A stretch of 55,225 bases of DNA, counting the filler, from Catajapyx aquilonaris (taxonomy: Eukaryota): assembly GCA_000934665.2 (NCBI GenBank). It is 2 parts of 2 records of this genome, joined end to end, with 100 filler letters (N's around TTAATTAATTAA, not from the genome) between each part and the next. Parts side by side here need not be neighbours in the genome. Positions count along the whole stretch, not along the records: positions 27,782 to 55,225 come from JYFJ02005063.1; 1 more part is not named here. One strand, 5' to 3'. Below, piece by piece: positions 39,801 to 54,349 of this stretch. The translations under genes were made by a program, and so were the position numbers. Positions within the stretch are counted from its first letter, which is position 1. The number at the start of each line of letters is the position of its first letter. The notes beneath the pieces were generated by a model. It did not search any database and was not told where the DNA came from. It was given only the letters and a program-made list of their open reading frames with translations.

Positions 39801-41230
39801 ACGTATATCATTGCACCAAGAGTATGCGGGGTATACAAATTCATGAGGACAGCTTCAGGGTAATGCACTCTTTGAAATGGCAGGACCTCCTTTACGTTTT
39901 ACCACATTTTATATGATTGATGCCACTCTTCCAGTAATAATTATTAGGTTTAAATATCTGGCCGTATTATCCTCCGTTTATTACTCGTTTGACTTTTATT
40001 TGAACATCAGGCGTTCAGGAGTGAATGAAAGACTGATTACACAGGCAGCAGAATGAGTCAGTATTTGTTGTTGTTGTTGTTGTTGTTATCAATGCACAAA
40101 TGATTAAGGGATATCTGCTGTCACTGATTACAAAAAATTACCCATACAGAGGTGTAGAAATTTAAGAATATTGTTGAGTCATAATAATTATTACCTAATA
40201 ATGAAATACAGCACCACAAGGTATTTGTCACTCCTATAGTTAGGTGTAATTCCTCTGCAGAAAGTGCAGGGGGGGGGGGGTTATTTCTGAGAGGGACTTG
40301 TGCAGTCAACCGGTCTTAGTTACTTGGATTCTGCCAGAGGAGTATACTGGAGGCCACTCCTCGACTGGCCAGGGAAGCCCAAGAAATGCCTATAAAGCCA
40401 GCCTCTTATTCCCACATGCAGACGCCACTAGCCAGAAAAATGTCGATACCCTTGCCGACAGTAGATTGTTACTCCATGGATCTCATTTCCAGCAGCGACA
40501 CCCATACCATGGCATATACCATACTCATACCCATACCAGTGGTTAGTCCCATCCAAATGTGTCGGGATGAGTGCAAACATACCCACTGTCTCTTCAGTGC
40601 AAAAACTATTTTCCAAAATTCCTCCCTGCCTTCCCTTGCTGGAAATGGCTGCACAAATGAAAATAGAGTCCTGCACATTACGCCTGTGGAACACCTGCAT
40701 GGACAGGTACCAGCAGCGCAAGAGAACAACAAAATGCAAACACCCTGAGACTCGCCTGATACGTACTTAATGAGACGAGTGCATACCCCAACCTTAACCT
40801 TAACCATGCAGTATAGAACCACTCTCGTCTTCTGCCCCACCCAATCATGAACGTGGTCACATAATATTATTCTTATGCGTGAATGGCTGGCAGGTAAAAG
40901 TGCACCCTGCCAGGTAATCACACATACCGGTATGGTATAACTTTAGTCCTCGGTGAGTACACTCCAGATATAACACGCAGGTGAAACAAGTGTGACGCTC
41001 CGTGAGTCTCAGGCGGTGATATATGACCGTACAACGGGGCAGAATGATTAGGCTATCTTTCCATAGAAGACGTGCCTCCGGGTAGTATAGGCAGCAGGTA
41101 AGGGCGACTCGTACCTGCATGTTTGCCAGATGAGGTACAGTAGGCGTAAGCACAGGTTTTATACGAGCTCGCGAGAGCACACATTGACTGGGTTTTCGGT
41201 TGTCTCATTCTCATTCCACGCAATACTATA

Positions 41231-41841
41231 CGAGGGCAGTACCAAAATGATTTAAGTTACACTTTATTTATTTATTTTTGCCACAAATACAGGGCCCTTG
41301 CAGGTCGGCAGATAGTCACACATTATCGATGGAACCTTCCTGGAGCCGAATACATAATTACGAGTCATGGGTATATATGTCAACCTCTTCGGGCCCTCCA
41401 GGAAACACTCTTTGGTGTGTGCGGAGCACCCACTACCAGACAACTGCTTCCTGTTCAACAATGCCCTCGAAATGGCGTCGGCGAAGAGCTTTTTTCATGG
41501 ACCCGAACAGGTGAAAGTCACTGGGGCCATATCGGGGGAGTTCGGCGGATGTGGAAGCACTCAAGCCCGGATCCATGAAAAAAGAAAACCTTCGCCGACG
41601 CCATTTTGAGGGAATTGTTGACAGTAGTTGTTTATTGCAAGCAGTTGCCCGGGAGTGAGTGCACCGAACTACCAAAAAGTGGTTCTTGATGGAGGTCCCG
41701 GAGAGGTTGACATACCTATTATGCCAGTGCAATTGGCTCCAGGAGGGTTCTATTGATATTAATATGTGCCTATCTGCCGACCGGCATGGGTCCTGTATCT
41801 GTGGGGAAAAAAATGTGTGAATCATTTTGATACGACCCTCG
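41231..41841. mobile_element. Non-autonomous mariner-derived foldback element made of two transposase 3' ends
   Basis: TA-flanked TIRs CGAGGGCAGTACCAAAATGATT / AATCATTTTGATACGACCCTCG. Minus strand encodes ...PSDFHLFGSMKKALRRRHF (mariner YSPDLAPxDF region); plus strand repeats GSMKKENLRRRHFEGIV. Arms ~270 bp. Confidence 0.85.
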
Positions 41842-42288
41842 TATGTACGAAACCTTAGACCAGGAAACACGTCGACAGCACGACCTTCAAGCGTCGTGTC
41901 GTGTGCCAGACCACGACAGTGTGTCCCATAAAATGAGTATCCCTGAACCAATCACCCGCTGCGACGAAAAACCGAAGAGAACGATTTCCAAAGTCCGCAC
42001 CGGGAAACTGATACATTCTGGGAGATTATCTATTTATGAAGCGAACCAGAAAAGTGCAACCGGTGTTAACTAATGGGCTGCATGTGTACTACCTTCGGTT
42101 TCCCTATAATTCATTTAGCTCTTCCTTTCGGCGTCATTATTTTGCAGTACAACAATAGGCCCTGTCCATCTTGTTGCACGAATATGAATTGTAATAGGGA
42201 GCACCCACAACATAATATCATGGCATCAGACTCTTCCATCAAAGTGATTTACAACGTCTCACTAAACAGTCTCGTAAAGAAACGTAAC

Positions 42289-42356
42289 ACCACCACCACC
42301 ACCACCACCACCACCACTACTACCATCATCATCATCATCATCATCATCATCATTAT
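42289..42356. repeat. Compound (ACC)n(ATC)n microsatellite
   Basis: Seen directly. Confidence 0.95.
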
Positions 42357-43136
42357 TCATGATTATTCAAAATGTTCTGTCTAAACAGCTCACACTTTTT
42401 TTGTCCTCTGTGGTCCTTTCCTGACCACCACAAAGTAATGGCTCCCTCACACTTTGACTACCGGTACCATCATTCAATAATCTGTACGACCATCCTAAAA
42501 TTTCCAAACTCTTCAATCGCCGAAATTCGGACTGGTTTTGACCGAAAACACAAGAAACTCACGACGAACCAAGTAAGCGAAGGCATATATAGAGCCCCGA
42601 CAAAGGGTGTGACGAAGCTTGGACTATGTATCCGGAAAGAAAAAGGCAAAGGAAAAAGATACGACCTCACCTATATACGTATATGTATATACAAGCGTTT
42701 GTGTGATCGATGCTCCCGAGCGAGAGCAACAGGAGGAACTGGTGTCCGAACACATGTGGGAAAGAAGTGTAATCCGTCGATACTTGTGTAAACACACAAT
42801 GCACTAATCACAATAATTATAATTGCCGCCATCAGGTGATCCCGAGCATGACGAATCGAGTATGAGGAGTCGAATTTGACGGAGGAATATGCCGTGAGTG
42901 AAATGGAAGAAAAATGAAAAATGAATGGCTATCCTGCCTCACCCATTCCCGTGTTGTCTCCAGGGAATACGCCGATGCGATGGTCAGCCTAGCCCGAACA
43001 GGTCGGCATTCTTTTGTATCCCCCCCATTTCTGCGAGTATCTGACCACTATCCAGATGGTCTTGTGAGGATATGCGAGGACCTCCTCGTTATCCGCTGGC
43101 ACCCCAATATTTTGGGAAAAGTCGTGATGTATATGA

Positions 43137-43219
<83 letters not shown>
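43137..43219. repeat. (TAT)n microsatellite
   Basis: Pure trinucleotide run. Confidence 0.97.
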
Positions 43220-43384
43220 GGCTCAAGTGCCCAGGCCGGCCTTGGTCCCTGTCATCTCATGAGCAAATCTCAATAGTGAGAACTTGCAAGAATAAAGGGG
43301 TAACAGGGCAGGGGGACAAGCGGGGACAAGTTTTGCTCACCTCTTCGAGTCATAGATGACATCGTACCATGGATTGCAGAAGCG

Positions 43385-43625
43385 ACAATCTGCGCCGCAT
43401 TCAATTCTCGTGATTGTGTTATTGCTGCAGCTTCAGGTTGACGATCGGTAATATTTTTATTCTCCTCCCCATCACCCCCGCCGCGCGGCTCATACTACCA
43501 CAGCTCCAAGAGCTCTTGCCACATCAGCTTCACCAATCCTAACAAAACGACTTTGAGATGGTCCCTTATCAGGAAGGGAACAGTAACATCAACTCGAATA
43601 ACAAACCCAGTCGGCAGACCACTCT
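43385..43625 (+). repeat. Diverged dispersed repeat, copy 2 (copy 1 at 36018-36258)
   Basis: See copy 1. Confidence 0.85.
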
Positions 43626-46600
43626 TAACTGGCCCGATTCACAAAAGATACGAGACAGATTGAAAAGAATTTGTGAGCCATTCCATCGTATACGCCCAGG
43701 ATACTACGCACGTGCTTTGTCGAGGAGGGAAGAATATTAAGCGTACACATAATCTACGTACCCCACTTACCACCTCGTATATCGACATAGGACTATTATT
43801 ATTGCTACCATAGGATCATGACTAATGATTATTATCGGGGCTGTTGATGGACCAGAATTATTAGTGGGAACGATGACGTCCAACTTTATTTATGCACCGA
43901 ACATCCACGAAGAATTAAAGAAACACACTAGACGTCCAGAGAACGTCCAATCTCAACCACTCTTGCAGGACCTCATCAGAACGCTGACCACCGCCCAATC
44001 CAGGAAGGTCATAACATCGATGAAACAAGGCGCAGTACGTACTTCCAGCCAGGCTGACTATATGACGACATTGTCCCGTCAAATCTTTCTCCGGGTCGCA
44101 GGCAGTAAGATTGTTGTTGTTGTTATAAATATTATGTTCGTTTCTTGTACACGTACCAATCAATATGCCGTGAAATCGGGCTAATATAACAAAGTTTCAC
44201 ATCGGTGCGGCGTTTCTTTCAAACAGTGCAATAAGCCCGATGCCACTAAAGGTGCATCTTATCACTACTTGCGCATAACGGTACAGTTCAGTCACTTGTA
44301 CGGAGGATGGATCTGACTCTGGCTCTCTGTCACGTAATGGAGCAACCAAACACCAATATGGCTAACTGCGAATATACGTATACAGTACACCTCAGTGCAA
44401 CATCTGCTCGCATCTCTTTGCACAGCGTTACCCGCACATCGATTGGAAGTGATTGGGTCCGCATCCTCGGAAGTGTAGTAGTTACACCATATCTCTCAGA
44501 GTCTGTATATCATCCAATGACAAACTGGAGCTATTCTTCTCATTTTTTTGTTGACATAATTATAGGATCCCTATGAAACCCATTACAAAATTATGCACCG
44601 CGCCTATACTACGATATCGCATGCTGACTTCGCAATGACTATAGATAGGAGTAATCAGAAGTGTCCTGACTTACACGGGCTAGCTTGCAAACGACCGCGA
44701 CTCAGGACGTACAGTACACTGTGCACAGTATCACACGTAACTGTCCAGTGAGGTTGGCTGCAAGTGTTGTCTCTGAATTCCTTTCAGTCTGCGTTGGATG
44801 TTTTGTGCGTCTTTTATCCTTATCAATGAAACGGCTTCTCTATAGAATAAATCCAGCATATTAGTCTGGACGTTGGACAATTTATGTCAATTATCGTGCA
44901 TTTTTTCATGGTCATCTTAACAAGTGTTTACAACACACATCATACAGAGCAGATGACTGACCCCAGCATGCAGCTTACATCAACTAGCAACCTCGTTCCG
45001 TGATTAGAAATGCTTTCCTTCGTTCCGATTGGGAAACGCGACTTAGTTGAGGTATACGTATATGCAATTCGCAATATATAGATAGAGCCTGCATGGCATT
45101 TCAGCGCGGCTGCAGGTCTTAATCGGTATTGGGTATATGGTCCCAGGAACACGTGACCCAAACGGTTTGCTTGCATCTAAGAAATGCAGGGTCGATGTGA
45201 ATAATTTTGATCCTTAACATCCGGACTAAATGGATCCCGAGTGGAATGAAGAAGAGAATCCCCGCGGTAAATTAGTCACTTGGGGAAACGGTATATCATT
45301 AAATGTATTCGACCAGTGACGCTGGATCACAAGGCGTGTTGGCATCACTCATGCCCGCGGGCGAATAAAATCAAGACGGCATGTTGTGTAATATGAATAA
45401 GAGTGTGCGGTGAAATACACCCTCCCGCGAACACACAAACTTCTACACTTGTACACGTGAAGACAATCATATCAAAACTTGTCCAAGTTTTACATTTATT
45501 AACTATATGTATCATCGTTATCTTCATCGAACGTTGACATCGAAGAGAACAGGGACATTCGTCATGATGACTTCCACTTTAAATTATAATGCTCCGTGGC
45601 CACTTTCTGTAGCACTCTCTCTATATACAGTATGTGACCACAGCATGTGACATGAGTGAAAGGTATATAGGCCTATACCCTGCATCAGCCGAGTCAACGA
45701 TGCGTTCGTGATGCTATGCCGCAGGCACGACGCAGTGCATTCTTTTAGAGGCCTGTTGTCACAAGTCTTCTTTATTCGTGATTCGCCTTACTTGACACAT
45801 ATTACCAGAAGCAGGAGCGTGACCTTTCATGACCGTCCTGCTAGCCTCCTCTTTGGAATCACACTTGTACAGTACCACTTCCTTCCCTACATCAGTAATT
45901 CATGACTGTATCACAAAGCGATGTAACAAAGAGTCTTCCCTGCAACTCCGCAGACTCCATACAGATCAAAGCGAACTATAGTGACGGAGAGACCAGCAGG
46001 TGATGGGTTATTGTATATAGCAGATGACGGTCAACACCAACATTATCATTGCATCATGCTCCTACATCACACGAATAATACGGTACAAATTGACAGCATC
46101 AGTTGAAGGGAGAGGTGCGGCTGATGAGTGAATAACTGTGTGTTGTCATCCCATTTGTATATAAGAGTTATCAGTGAGATATACCACTCTTCGGAAAGGC
46201 CGTTCAACCGGATATCCAATAACGTAATTAATGTACGTACCGGTACCACATAGGAATACCACGTGTTAAATTTCACGTAAGTTGAGGTTGCTCAGGCGAG
46301 AGTGTCTGTAAAATTCTCACAAATGCAGAAGTGAGATAAAGTTTTTAATGCATCGTTCAGCACATGCTCCAGGCCCATTCGATACACTTCCCTCTATATA
46401 ACTCATTAAGAGCTCTATTCTAACGGAATCACAAAGTATACTTTGTGTTCCGTTAGAATCATTTAGTGCACGACGAGCCTTGAAAAGGGGATGGGTTTAT
46501 TCCAGGCTACATACTACTCAGTGGATGGGAAGAAGGAAAAACTTTGTGGTCTTACTGCGGATAAATTATAGAAAATTCCCTAATGACTCATAAACAATGA

Positions 46601-48439
46601 GCATGGTACCATCATCACCTCCTCCTCAGTCCCAATAATAATAATAATAAGGACTTATCCGAATAAGGCCTGATTGCACCAGTTCGTGGCATGCATCACG
46701 ACGACTCATTTCATCAGAATATCCGGTGCTTTTTGTGGCTATTTTCATAAGAAAGGTTCTGAATATTACAGTTGTCATCGCCCAGAGTCTGCGTGCAGCT
46801 TCCTTCACGTTTGGTGACGTAGACCTAATACTTGTTGTCAGAGATTATTGCATTCATGTTTGAGTTCAAGGATCTATCCCTTCCCGCCAAAACAGCGCTG
46901 ATGATGCGCAGTTTCCTTACCCCGCAGTTCGCCGTTTTCAACTTCCCTTCCGCCGCCATGATGGTTGTAAAAATACTTCTGCCCACATTTTCCGCTGCGT
47001 CAACTCTCCTACCATACCAGGATAGACAGACACCACGACATTATTTTGTAATGCTCTCTCTTTGGCACACTACATTCGTCGCGATACCTGCTACAGGGGC
47101 TCTGAGGCGCATACATCCTGCACATGCACTTTGCACCTTTGTTTCCACCCAGCGCACTAGTCGACTTCACGTGCAAAATTTCATGTTCATGAAGCTCCTC
47201 GACAGTATAAGTACTGCATAAACAGTGCAACCTGTCAGGAAGAATGTTACAGCATACACACTAGCATCATCGCTTATTTAGGTCGCACAACTTTTACAGA
47301 TTAGGCTACGACGATTAGTCACCTGAACTTCCTGACTATTTTTTCGAAGGATGTAGCCTACTGCACATTCTGTATGTAGGCCTGTCTAATGTCTATATTG
47401 TACATAATATCGACACTCTGTGCCATGACTTCATTATTAACGCTTTGTTTAATATTATTATTATCATCATCGTCATCATCGTCGACATCGTCGTCGTCGT
47501 AGTCATTTAAAAAGTGCGTATCTCTTTACATTACCTGTGCACCTAGAGCCAATAAACGATAAAAATTAATAGTGGGCGAGTAATTCCGGGAAAATATTCA
47601 AATATACGCCCTGCATGCGTGCATATTGAAAACGACTGTGTTCTTCTTTTAAGCCGTTCAAAAAAAAAAGGCTGCGTTCTATTTAGGCCTATTCATTGGA
47701 GTCATCGGTGCTATTAAAGCCGGCTAATGATTTGGGCAGCACAGAAAAAAAACACCTTCTACGCCTACGGCAGCATAAATGTGCCGACGAGAGGAAGGGA
47801 AGGCATCGAACAACACAGCAGAAAATAATATGCGAGTCATATCAAAGGCAGGGGAAAAGTATATACCCACCAGTTGAGTGGCTTCTCATCCTCAGGACTC
47901 CCATCATCCCTGTTATAACGACGTGTTTTATGATCTCTGATACATTCGATGTTGCCGAAAGACACTAATGTCTCACTCTACGTGACCCAGGTAAGTGGAG
48001 ACGGGTATATATGAACATCCAAATCACCACAAGGCCATTCGAGTGGAAATAAATGTAGGCTGTAGGCTGAATCAAAATAATAAATAATTGCTCCAAAGCC
48101 ACTGTTAAAGTGAAGAAGCACCATTATTCAGAGACTATATATATAAGCAAAGACTTGTCTCGGCAATACTGCACACATTATGCCCTACCAACCGTAAACC
48201 TATGAAATCGCTAGCCAATAACATGAGGCGCACTCAAATTAGTAATACCTTAAGGAAAACATCCCATTAGCACTCTATTATTACACTGCACGTCGGTCAC
48301 CATTTGTCGTAAGAACTTGTGATGAAACGAGAGTCACGACGAACATCATCCGAAGGGTGTTAGCTGCTGCCAGGCGAAGGGAGATGTTATCTGTCACAAC
48401 ACAGGATTGCCACGCAAGATTCCAGTGAGACTGATGAGG

Positions 48440-48714
48440 CAGTGTTGTATACCCACAGTTGTCCAACAAGAACACTGCATTATGAGGAAGGGAATCTCGA
48501 GGAGACCCAGCAACGCAACGGTGGAAAGATGTCCACCACGGGAGCGGGGAGTATAAAGACTTGTGACTCATCAGCATCAAGGACATCTGCAAGAATCTCC
48601 ATTACACCCACAAGCAAAGAATCCTCATGACGCAGGTCAATGAGGATCAATCTGAGAGGATTACATTACTACGTATGAAGCAGGATCATGTTGGCGCAGG
48701 GAAATACCGACAAC

Positions 48715-48799
<85 letters not shown>
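48440..48799 (+). mobile_element. Possible RTE-clade LINE 3' remnant ending in a (TAT)n tail (48715-48799)
   Basis: Frameshifted ...RRP...RWKDV, similar to the RTE C-terminal GRPxxRWxD motif, ~170 bp before the microsatellite. The microsatellite is certain; the LINE call is tentative. Confidence 0.35.
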
Positions 48800-51700
48800 G
48801 AGATGGTTGCTGCTATTATTGCAGAATGACTAAATGCACTGGCCGCACGTTGAAAAGAACATTAGCTGATCTGGCAATAAACGACTACAACTTGATCTGC
48901 AGACGACTATATTCTCCTGCGACTCAAACAATCAACAGTGACATGTAGAGCTGCAGCATATACCGTTTAGACCTAATAACTGAGCGCGGAAGCATCCGTA
49001 CAAGAACCCGTACTTAATTTCCAGCAAGCCCTATATAGATCAAAATGATATCAAATACAGTATTTTACCAGAGTCTGCAGCCATTGCTCAACACCCCAAA
49101 AAAAACAGCTTGCTTTTGGTGGTGCTCCTCATCGGCATGACTGTCGTTGACTTAAAACCAGTTGGCGTAAGCACTATAAGCAGGCTATATGATATTATAG
49201 TAAGCCACAGGTGCAATATAATGGCGGCCTCAAGTGGCCGCTCAACGCCTCTGGGAATAATAAACAGGGCTCATGAAGGAGAAACCTTGTCCACAGCAGC
49301 AATGTTATCTCGTCCTAGTGATCTCTGAATCACCAATCACCCAACACGAATTGAATTGGGAAGACAGCATGGAAGAAAGGTGGTTGGTGGCATCCTTACA
49401 TCGCATCCGCCCAGAAGAGCGTTTGCTGATGGGTTTGGCCTCAATTGGAAGGAATATGGAACCATTTCCCAAATTCCAGTGCACAAGAACAAGAATCAGT
49501 TGACCACCCAATATGTCCGATCCGATTCGTCCACCTGACCTGGCACAATAAGCCGACATTGAAGCATCCAACACATTCATCATCTCGTATTACTCCAGAC
49601 AGTATTTTCTGGACAAACTGCGATGTGATGTACTACACTTAGGCCTATGCCATTTACAGCAACCTCATATTTTGACGTACCGTAATAATAAGAATCTCAA
49701 GATATATATACTTTGGCAGCTTGGCACGACCCTTGACCTCTCTCCGACCTCACATTTTGTGTCACACTTTTTCCGCATGCTTCCCTAGAGGGAAGTTCCC
49801 AACTCTGATCAAACGAAGCTACACGAATGTGAGCTGAAACACACATTTCAGAACACGACACAGGGAGTTATACAACAATCCACTGTCCTCTCTATTCGCA
49901 TAATTATATGCGATGAACTTTTTCGTTTCAGTATACTAAAGCCTTTTGCTTCGCATTACTTGGAACGATAAGCCTTATTGACTTATATAGATTATTATTA
50001 TTTCAGTCCGCCATGAACTTGAACCAGTGGTATAAAACACCAGCGTTTGCTGAGGACAGACAGATTTTGATGAGGAAAAGTATCTATAGCTGGCTAAGCA
50101 ACATGATTTTTATCTGCAGCCAAACCCAGCAATGCTGTATACTATTGCTCCTAAGCGGTAATAATATTGTCCACACGGTTGTCTCGCAACGATGCCTGTT
50201 GAAATCGACCTGAAAGAAACACTGTATAGAGTCACCACATCAGACAGCAATAACTCGTATAGTTGAAGGTGCACGAGGCCCTAAATGAAGCTCTGAACAT
50301 AATATTCAGAGTGTTCCGCCCTGATGAGCACAGATGGTCCAGTTTTCCATACCAAAATGAAGGCCGCCAAAGGCGAAATATAGAGCATAATACCTTAATA
50401 TATAGAGCCGCTCCAGATTTAACCGTCATGCGACTAACTAAAAACTCAGCCGTCAAATCAGACAACCGTCTCACCACAAGTCCACAACCTGGGCGAAGAT
50501 TTTGACTAAACTCCCATTCTGCCGCGACATCTCTTGTGAGATTTACCGAAACATTTTAATGTGCATAGGTCTACCCTAATATATTGCGGAAGTCGGAGCC
50601 GAAATGGACTGCAAAGTCATATCTGATGATACACTAATGTGTAACACCACCATTACTCGTATTAAATACAGGCCATAATAACTTTCATTTCTTCATGTTA
50701 TATCTGTATGTTCAGAACACTATAATAAGGCAGGATTTTATAAAAAGCCGTCCACCTGTAACAGGCTAATCACTCAAGCTAGAGCCTTATATGTGACAAT
50801 GTATGCAAACAATATTTCAAATGCCGAGTGAAAAATACTTTTATAGGATTTTATTCGCATTTAATATCAAACAAAATTGCTGCAATATTTTTCTTTACTT
50901 GTTACTTCATGATAATTATTAAGTTATACATATAGAAACTCGACTGTCTTGTGAGGTTGGCAAACGCCTCTGATTTCCACTGCCTGAGTTGGTGTAATGT
51001 GATGTACTGTATTACCTCACTTAACGCGGCCTGCCGGTGTATAGTCGAGGTCGACCAGCTTTTAGAAATGTACGATCTTGTGATGGCTATACCGCCATGC
51101 CCGTCTAAGCGAAGTACATGCCGGTATATAAGGCGAGGTTTTCTTAAGCACAGCATCATCGCAATCTATGTGAAAATTATTACTACTCAAATGTATGCAT
51201 TACACCATTTTCTACGATGTGGATACAGCCCATGACACTTCTATTGCCTGACACGTTGCATGCTGAGATCGTTCGTTAAGTTCTCTCATGGCAACATTTT
51301 CAATTAAAAGCAGTGCAAGGCTGCAAGAAGGGAAGCATGACTATACCAGGATATTTCATACACTATTGGGATACATTGGAGTTTGTTATCTGAGTAATGA
51401 GACTTCTCAGACAAATTGATACCACTACATAAAGAGATCCTCTGATTGTCAACGAGATCTGCGACCAGCGAACTATTGAGCAAAAGGAAGGACTGAAGGA
51501 ATTGATCCTTGGTAATGCTTATAGGGTAGTTCCCCTCCCAGAGCTGGCTTAATATGGGATTGGTCACACTCTGTGCCTTGTGAAGAACTTGCATCGTTTC
51601 ACAGCCCTGTAGGCCTGTACTCGAACATTTTTCACTGTAACATTATTTTAGAACAGTACCATAATTGATTATGCATTCTAAAAAAATTAAGACAAGAATC

Positions 51701-52452
51701 AAAATTATGGAAATCTATACCTCGGTTATTACAGCATGCCGGCCACCCCCCCCCCCCCCGGNCGGGTTATACCGGCATGCCGCTTTAAGTGAGGTAATGC
51801 GGTATATGATTTGTATGTATTTTTGTAAATGTGTATAGGTGTATGTGTATTTTGACTCTTTTGCAAGCATATACGTACTGTATAATATTTTCTGGTGCCC
51901 TCACCTCAAAGACATCAAACTGTCACCAAAAGACTTTTACGACAGTGTTAAAATATGTCGGGGTGCGGGCAAACATTTCTAATGTCTCCGGTGCAAAAAC
52001 AATACATTTATCGCAAAGCTTGGCAGTTGTCATACCCAGCTGAAGCCAAAAAATTATACCTTTTTGGCCTGTCAGGTTGGCAAATGCCTCTAAAATGTGT
52101 CTGCGTTGGGTGTTTAATTTTCATTCACCCTTACAGCAATGAAAGGCCTCATTTAGACAAATCTCTTGGGCGGAAATCTCTTCTTAATTAACTGAACACT
52201 AAGTCAGTATAGCTAACATTGAAATACCTTGGTATAGGAATTTCATCATCATCATCATCGTCGTCATCATCTATGCAGTGTCAATAGCATCATCGAATCA
52301 TGGAGGAGGGCGATATTTAAAATAAATCCAGACACTATACGAGTCTTCAACCGTGGACGCTGCTGGAGTTAAAGAAGCAGGCTAAAACCAAACGACGATC
52401 TGACCGTCGTCGTTTCTTACATTGTTGCTTTTTGTTGAGCACTACTGTTTAC

Positions 52453-53198
52453 CAGTGATGGGGAGTATCTAGATACCAAAATGAGTATCTCTTACCTCAT
52501 CTATATCATCTAACCATAATATATCATTGTATCTAGCGACTTTACGTGTAGAGTATCTATACGTGGCATCACCAGATATACTTTTCCAGATACTTTTTAG
52601 GGGGTTTTCCTGATGGAAACATGATCCCCCTACACAGAAATAATAATGAAGTGTTGTATGCATATTGATATTGCATAGTGGTGCTGGTGCCATGGTGGTA
52701 AACTGGTAATGTCAAAAGTTTGTGTGCCTGTCAGCTGTGACTCGGTGCCAGAAGCTAAGCCACCGGGAGCGCTTCGAGCGCTAGCAGTGCTCACAGACGG
52801 TCCAAAGGTTCAATTTTTCGTTACCAAACAGAATATTAAAAACATACCGTAGTGAAATTATTGATAGCACTCAATAGCAGTACGTAGACTGTCGAATAGC
52901 TTATTATACTACAGTACCAAACTAATTAACTATAATGTTTCAATCCACAGTGAACCAGAGTACGTAAAATGTTATTGAGGATGACAAATAAGTCAAAAAT
53001 ATATATTCGCACGCGCCTGCGAGTCGGTATATCGCATATGGAGTTGCATGGACAGTATCTGAAAATATAGCATCTTACCTACTATCTAGATACAATGTCG
53101 AACGAGTATCTTGTACAGCATATCTACAGATGGAAATATTTCCAAGTAAATATCTTATCCAGATATACTTTTTGAAAGTATCTTCCCCATCGTCACTG
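52453..53198. mobile_element. hAT-type non-autonomous element (746 bp)
   Basis: Termini CAGTGATGGGGA... / ...TCCCCATCGTCACTG; 8-bp TSD CTGTTTAC / CTGTTCAC (7/8); many GTATCT/AGATAC subterminal repeats at both ends. Confidence 0.8.
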
Positions 53199-54261
53199 CT
53201 GTTCACTCATATTGTTCTGTGAGGGTAATACTATTTCCATTGGAAACCTTGATGACGTCAGATCGCCGTTGCAATGCTGTGGACTAATTCCCTCTTTGGA
53301 TTAGATTTCAATATGCTTGACTCAAGCACATTGAAATCCAATCCAAAGAGTGGCGACGTCATCTCCGTTTTCATGATGAAAGTAGAGATGACTCCGCCAC
53401 TCTTTTTACCTGCCGAACAACATGTCATGGTCGAGAAAGCATAATGGAGTGATGGCCTTTGTTTTTTAGGCCTAAGATATAACCGTCTTGTTCGTTCAAA
53501 GGTAGAGGATGGACAGCTGCCATGCAGCTGTAACTCATATATTACTGGGGGCAAATGTGTCATGTATATTTAAAAAAAAACACACACACATTTATTCGAG
53601 TTGCTGGAATAATTATAAGCATGCAGGAACATGTGGTGGACACCAACCACAGAGTCTTCTCTCGACGCGCAACGGAGTGACATGGTTCCTGTGAGAAGGT
53701 CAGCTCGCCCAGACCCTAGCTGACCAGTGACTATTTTATATTCCTGGTGGCAAGGGCCACTGTACCACCACCACCACCCCCATCAACTATAATAAGAGGA
53801 GGAATGCATATACTGCCACTCAAGAATAATTAGACTATTCTCCGCTTGCCTCGAGTGATGATCAGTCATCCAGCACGGAAAATGCCAGCCCATCACAAAT
53901 AGTAACAAACGCGACAAAGTCCCAAGACAAAGTCCTACATCATCAGCTCTCAAGACTAACGATGCCGTGTGTATAGTCTACACAATCATAAAACACGAAT
54001 CGTTGACATGTGACACAAGTAAACGTCCCAAAGGCGAACCAGAACTGCAGAAAAAGCCGAGTCCAGCCAAGAACACACCCTTATTATAATAATTCAACGA
54101 TCGAATTCACATGAAACATGTACCAATACAACACTCCAAAACGGATCAAACAGTACCTCCTTGGTAACCATAACAGACAATGTATCAGGATGGGCAACGG
54201 TCAGGGGGCGCTATACATTGCCAGTCCAATTTCAGCTTGCCACCTAACCTTGGTAAATTAA

Positions 54262-54262
<1 letters not shown>

Positions 54263-54319
<57 letters not shown>

Positions 54320-54349
54320 TTTATTATTTTTATTATTTTTATTATTATT
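54263..54349. repeat. (TAT)n microsatellite, imperfect 3' part
   Basis: Seen directly. Confidence 0.95.
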
